A DNA stretch of 64,000 nt from Klebsormidium nitens (taxonomy: Eukaryota > Plantae > Klebsormidiophyceae): contig DF236989.1 in assembly GCA_000708835.1 (NCBI GenBank), positions 186,001 to 250,000 of the forward strand, given 5' to 3'. The notes under the pieces were generated by a model that had not been told where the DNA came from, did not search any database, and was given only the letters and a program-made list of their open reading frames with translations. This document shows, in pieces, positions 59,801 to 64,000 of this stretch (position 1 is its first letter; each line of letters begins with the position of its first letter). Made by a program: the position numbers and the translations under genes.

Positions 59801-61768
59801 TGATGTTGTAAGAAGATGGAGGTGCGGGGAAGGGGACGTGCTCAGTGTTACTGGAGTATACGTGGATGGCGTTCACCTTCGCCTCCCCGTCATTCAGGTT
59901 TGAAGACACCGTTTGGAAGGCGATGCTGCAGAGGGTGGTGTACACTTTACTTAAGATGGATTCAGGAAACAAGAAAAGAGAAGCACTTAAACTCACTGGC
60001 TCTCTGGATTCTGTGCACCGTCGGTGCCTTGGGACCAGAGAGGGTCCTTCAAATGATAAAGGTCTGTCAACCTCGACAGTGCGAGACAGACTCGGCAATG
60101 TGAGAAGGCAGGCCAAGGTGAACCAGAAAGAAGAAGCTATCCTTCTGCCGTCCGGATGTCGCCGATTGCCATTGCAGTGTGCCACTGAAAAGCATAAAGT
60201 ACAAGACTAGCTGATGGGTAGGTATCGTTTTCAGAGCTTTGAGGTTCCTGATTGGGTTCTGCGGATCTTGAAGTTGTCAGCAAATTTTTGTGTCGCTTTT
60301 ACCACCAGGGTCATCTCAGCTCAGATTGGTGCTGATCAGTTCTGCATGTACACAAGGCTGTCGTGCTTACCGCTTTCATTAGCTGAAGGCGCTGTCGAGA
60401 TCCAAATTACACGGACAGAACCAAGCCCCTTCACATTATCAGATGCGTAGGAGTCTTTTTAGTTGGACTTAGTGACAAGGCTCCAAGAGCAGATGAGGAA
60501 GCCAGCTACACGCACCTTAGGAGGCCGTTTGACACCACTGCTGGCTGTGTGATGATAAGGCTCTGATTCATCCCCACTCTTGCAAAGATGTCCAAGTCTG
60601 CGACTGCAATCTGTCCCTGGATGAGTATGCTGAACACGCGTGCTCCAGGCTGGTCGAATTGAGTCTCAGCAAAGAAGAGCTCGACGCTGTAGCTGCCGTT
60701 GGGAACGTTCAGTTCATACCTGCAAAAGAGGTAGTATGCTTTTCAAAGTTTTGGTAGGAGCATCTTGTCCTCATAGTAATCAACACCCAGAATTGATTAC
60801 TGCGCTGTGGTCCGAGAGCAGTGGTCCAGTTTTTGGAATAATATTTTGACTGTTATATTTTTCCGAGGACAACTTCCAGGATCCTAGGACAGCATCAATC
60901 AGTGAGGATACTTGCTCTTTTGGCAGGTTTGCAGATCCCTTAGTCCACCTTCTCCTGTGGAGCCTCCAATTAGTCAAACTGAAACCCTTAAGCTGTGGTT
61001 TTTGGGGGATTCTACCAACAGGTAGTCAACGAACATGGACAAAACTGAGAAGCTGGACACTTTATTGATTGGCTTCCTGGGCGCCTTCAGACAAACCACT
61101 GGGTACTGCCTGACTTAGAGTACCAGAGGGAGCCTGTCACTGGATTACAAGATTGATCTTCAAGGACCACAGGACGTTGTGTTGGCACCGATGTAAATTA
61201 TTCTCCCTATCTTCTTGCCAAGTAGGTTTACTCTTCTTCTGTCAGGGGCTACACTCTTCATTGTTGCATAAGATACTCTCACTCAATCACTCACGCCTCA
61301 TCGCTTAAATATCATATTTGAGCGAACGTTGGGGAGAAACTTGCCCCATATTCAAAAGAGAACTTACTGGAAATCAAGACCATATCTCTCCGTCAGGTAC
61401 AGAGATCCGTCTGGCACATTCAGTGGTGGGGCGAAGCCAAGGTATTGCCTGGGTTTAGTGCTTGTTCCGAAGTAGTACTTGTCAGCTTGGAAAACCACTG
61501 GTCCTGAAACCGAACCTGTCGAAACATGTGAGTTGTTTGGCTGGTAGAATGGCCCAGAGCCATATGTGACTCCTCCATAGTAGCTGGGAATGCTGGCACT
61601 CGCTGGAGTGAGACCTCCGCAGTTGATGGCCAAGTACGAGGGTGCTCCAGAGCTACTACTTTGTGCAGGCGCACTGGCGGATCCTGTTGTTTGACACTGG
61701 ACGTTCTTGGCAAAGAACACGAGAATGGCCAGCATGCACCACCTCGGAAAGCCACCAGACCGTCCCAT
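53896..61768 (-). CDS. Secreted protein with four malectin domains and AP/Pro-rich (AGP-like) linkers, 944 aa
   Basis: Exons 61768-61368, 60719-60516, 59925-59726, 59495-59290, 58853-58535, 58197-58033, 57514-57408, 57072-56855, 56690-56468, 56217-56009, 55389-55276, 54800-54587, 54150-53896 (2835 nt, all phases consistent). Signal peptide MGRSGGFPRWCMLAILVFFAKNVQC. Four repeats of INxG...AD..Y...Y.TER...Y...V.NG.Y.V.L.FAE...G.RVF.V. Confidence 0.88.
57851..57905. repeat. Intronic 21-bp tandem repeat x3 (CACGTGCAGCTTGAGATGTTT)
   Basis: Directly visible; no spacers; the third copy is degenerate. Confidence 0.92.
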
Positions 61769-62601
61769 TGTGCAGCAGTGATGAATTTGATGCTGCTCTT
61801 CAGCTGATTTAGAGACAGCAACAGCTCTCCAGATGATGCTGACCACTACTAGTCCTTTGAAACTGAGAAAGTGGATTGCTCTGCTGGCAAAGACGCTGGC
61901 ATTGGGAGTCGCGAAAGCACCACAGTTGGCCACTGTTTTGAAAAGGTAAAATGTGAAAGAAGCGCGAAACACGATCGAGGTGTGTTGACTTCAGTTGTTC
62001 TGCATGGTCGTCTGCAGGACGCATTTGCTGATTTTATGAGCTCTTGGTTCAGTGCCCCTCTGTACAACACCTTAGGTAGTGAGCACTACTTCAGGTATGC
62101 CGACCTTGTACAGCTGATCGACGTTCGAACGTGCTCTCGCGGCCGCAGCTCGTGCCGCGGTGCATATGCACAAACTGGGTACCGGGCCGGTGCAAGATTG
62201 ATCGACAGCAGGTACCCACCCGGTGCCTTTTGTTCAATTGAAATCTGCTCGAAACCGTACACGTGGCACCGATTCGAGGGACACATAGGACTGCAGAACT
62301 CTGCTCATAAGCAGATGCAAATTGGCATCGGGACAACGGACCAGCTGAAAGGTGGCCGCGTTTTCCATTCTCTAGGTTGCGATGATGGAGCAAATGGTCA
62401 AGCACTTGAGATATACGCCGACAACGTTTAGGTGTGTGGCCGGGGGAAATGTCGATGCAGCCTGGGACCAGCCTGCCGTTTCTTTCCCGGGGCTTCAGCA
62501 GAGCTTGCAGACTGTACAAGACCATAAACCGGACTCGGTCGCAAGTTGACTCGCAACCACAAACACCTTCAAGTTTCGAACAGGAAGGGCCAGCTCTGAA
62601 A

Positions 62602-63978
62602 ATGGCGTTTGTTTGGATCCTGGGCGTTTACATAGCTTTCATCGCTTTGTTTCTCCTCGTCATGCTCTTTGGAGAGTCACCGGCATTCGAAGGCACCATT
62701 GTGCATTCTGCACACACTTTTATAACGTCGCGGAGCTGCGAATTGATCCAGTAAGCACCACATTTCTGACGCGCCTGCTACATCTTTAGGACTGATTATG
62801 CCAGCCAAACATTCTTACTATCAATCTTGTATATGAGCACGACTGTGTTAAAAAGCACGGGAGTACAGGTCTTGTAAGTTGCCTTCTTATGAAAGATTGC
62901 AAGGATTCTCGCCAACTCTGCTTTCACATGTGACATCGCCCTTCTGGAATGCAGATTGATTGCAGGCACATCGCTTGGGTCAAGGAATCTGAGTTTTCAG
63001 ACAATTCAACACCACCATTGCAAGTGCTTGTTGGAAACAGCAGGGGTTAGTGGAGGCAACACAGAGCTTAGCGAACAAAGTTGGGGATAAGAAAAATGAA
63101 ACAGGAAGGGGGACCACTTAGTGCAACGCCGCACTACCAGCTCCGTAAGCTACAGATCTTCTTTGTCAATGTCTTTCAACACTCCGTCAGTCGGACGAAT
63201 GCTGCCATGCTGGCCGGTACGATTTCTGTCATGTGTTTTTGCAGAGTGGGGATACAGCGCGCCTGCGGGGAGCGTGCCGCGCGCTTCTGCTCAGGGGCCT
63301 GCGATGCTTTTCTGAACAAACCAAACCCAGCCTTGCAGGTAAGCCTCAAACACACGAGATTCTCTCAAAGCCACTTTCTTACTTTTCTGATGGAATACAC
63401 TCCCCAATCAGAACTATATTGTAGAAACTGAGAAGCATGTGATAGGTTGGATGGATATTCATAATACCCAAATGTTTGCCATGTCAGGAAGAAGGCATGG
63501 TCGTGGATTGAGGGGGAACTAAGTATGAAATTGAGCTGGCAAACATTTCAGATTTTAAGAGGCGAAAGGAACTAGAAGTTTGGGTACAAACATTCCGTTG
63601 AACGTGGCCCGATCCAAAGATCTGAATCAACCCCATCAATTAGATTTTAAAAAAAAAATCCATTCAACATCAGTCATGCACAAGTTTAAGTGGACTTGTG
63701 TTTCATGCACACAAGATGTCCATTGAAAGACACACAGTCTGTTACTCGGTGCTTGGCGCAACTGCTGGTTTAATGAACACTGCAAGCGTCCTTCCTTCCA
63801 GATTCGTGTCCTTTTGGAAAACCTCAATCGCCTCATGGTCTGAACAAATCGAGAGTGATGCTAAACCCCTCAGTTTTCCACAGATCTTCTACTTGGTCCT
63901 GATCGGAGGGGGTTGGCTGCTGTTTGCAACTGTCGCGCTTCCGCTCATCCCGGGTCTTTACCTCTCCGCTATACACAG
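62602..63978 (+). CDS. PAT17: DHHC protein S-acyltransferase of the PAT17/SWF1/ZDHHC4 class, 3'-partial
   Basis: Exons 62602-62750, 63245-63338, 63884-63978: MAFVWILGVYIAFIALFLLVMLFGESPAFEGTIVHSAHTFIT...NKPNPALQIFYLVLIGGG...IPGLYLSAIH, matching the recalled N-terminal layout of this class. The DHHC motif lies beyond the window. Confidence 0.72.
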
Positions 63979-64000
63979 GTAAGATAGCCAACGCCTCCTG

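Overview
Intron-rich eukaryotic genomic DNA: GC-rich exons, GT-AG introns of mostly 200-900 nt, and two N-gaps (14355-14803, 24065-24577). It combines plant-type genes (WD40 type II inositol 5-phosphatase, GCK domain, malectin, EIN3-like, PAT17-like) with flagellar/centriolar genes (IQCA1/DRC11, CSPP1). That mix suggests a flagellate-stage streptophyte alga such as Klebsormidium (inference). I hand-spliced ten gene models using exon phase consistency: IQCA1/DRC11 (+, 5'-partial), type II 5PTase (-), TBP (+), a chimeric mitochondrial gene (+), a small single-TM gene (+), a divergent EIN3/EIL-like gene (-), an unknown conserved-looking gene (-), CSPP1-like (+), a secreted 4x malectin protein (-) and a DHHC PAT17/SWF1-like gene (+, 3'-partial). 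Three observations stand out. (1) One apparent ORF joins a presequence plus TM anchor, a Mia40-like GCK twin-CX9C domain, about 750 aa of group-3 LEA-like repeats, and a complete COX6B. (2) Introns in five genes hold decayed tandem copies of the neighbouring exon/intron junction ('exon echoes'), several with intact AG acceptors leading to in-frame stops; a sixth gene has duplicated acceptor-end intron sequence. (3) An intron-containing EIN3-like protein appears to lack part of the canonical basic region. Family assignments come from motif recognition and recalled consensus, not database searches.
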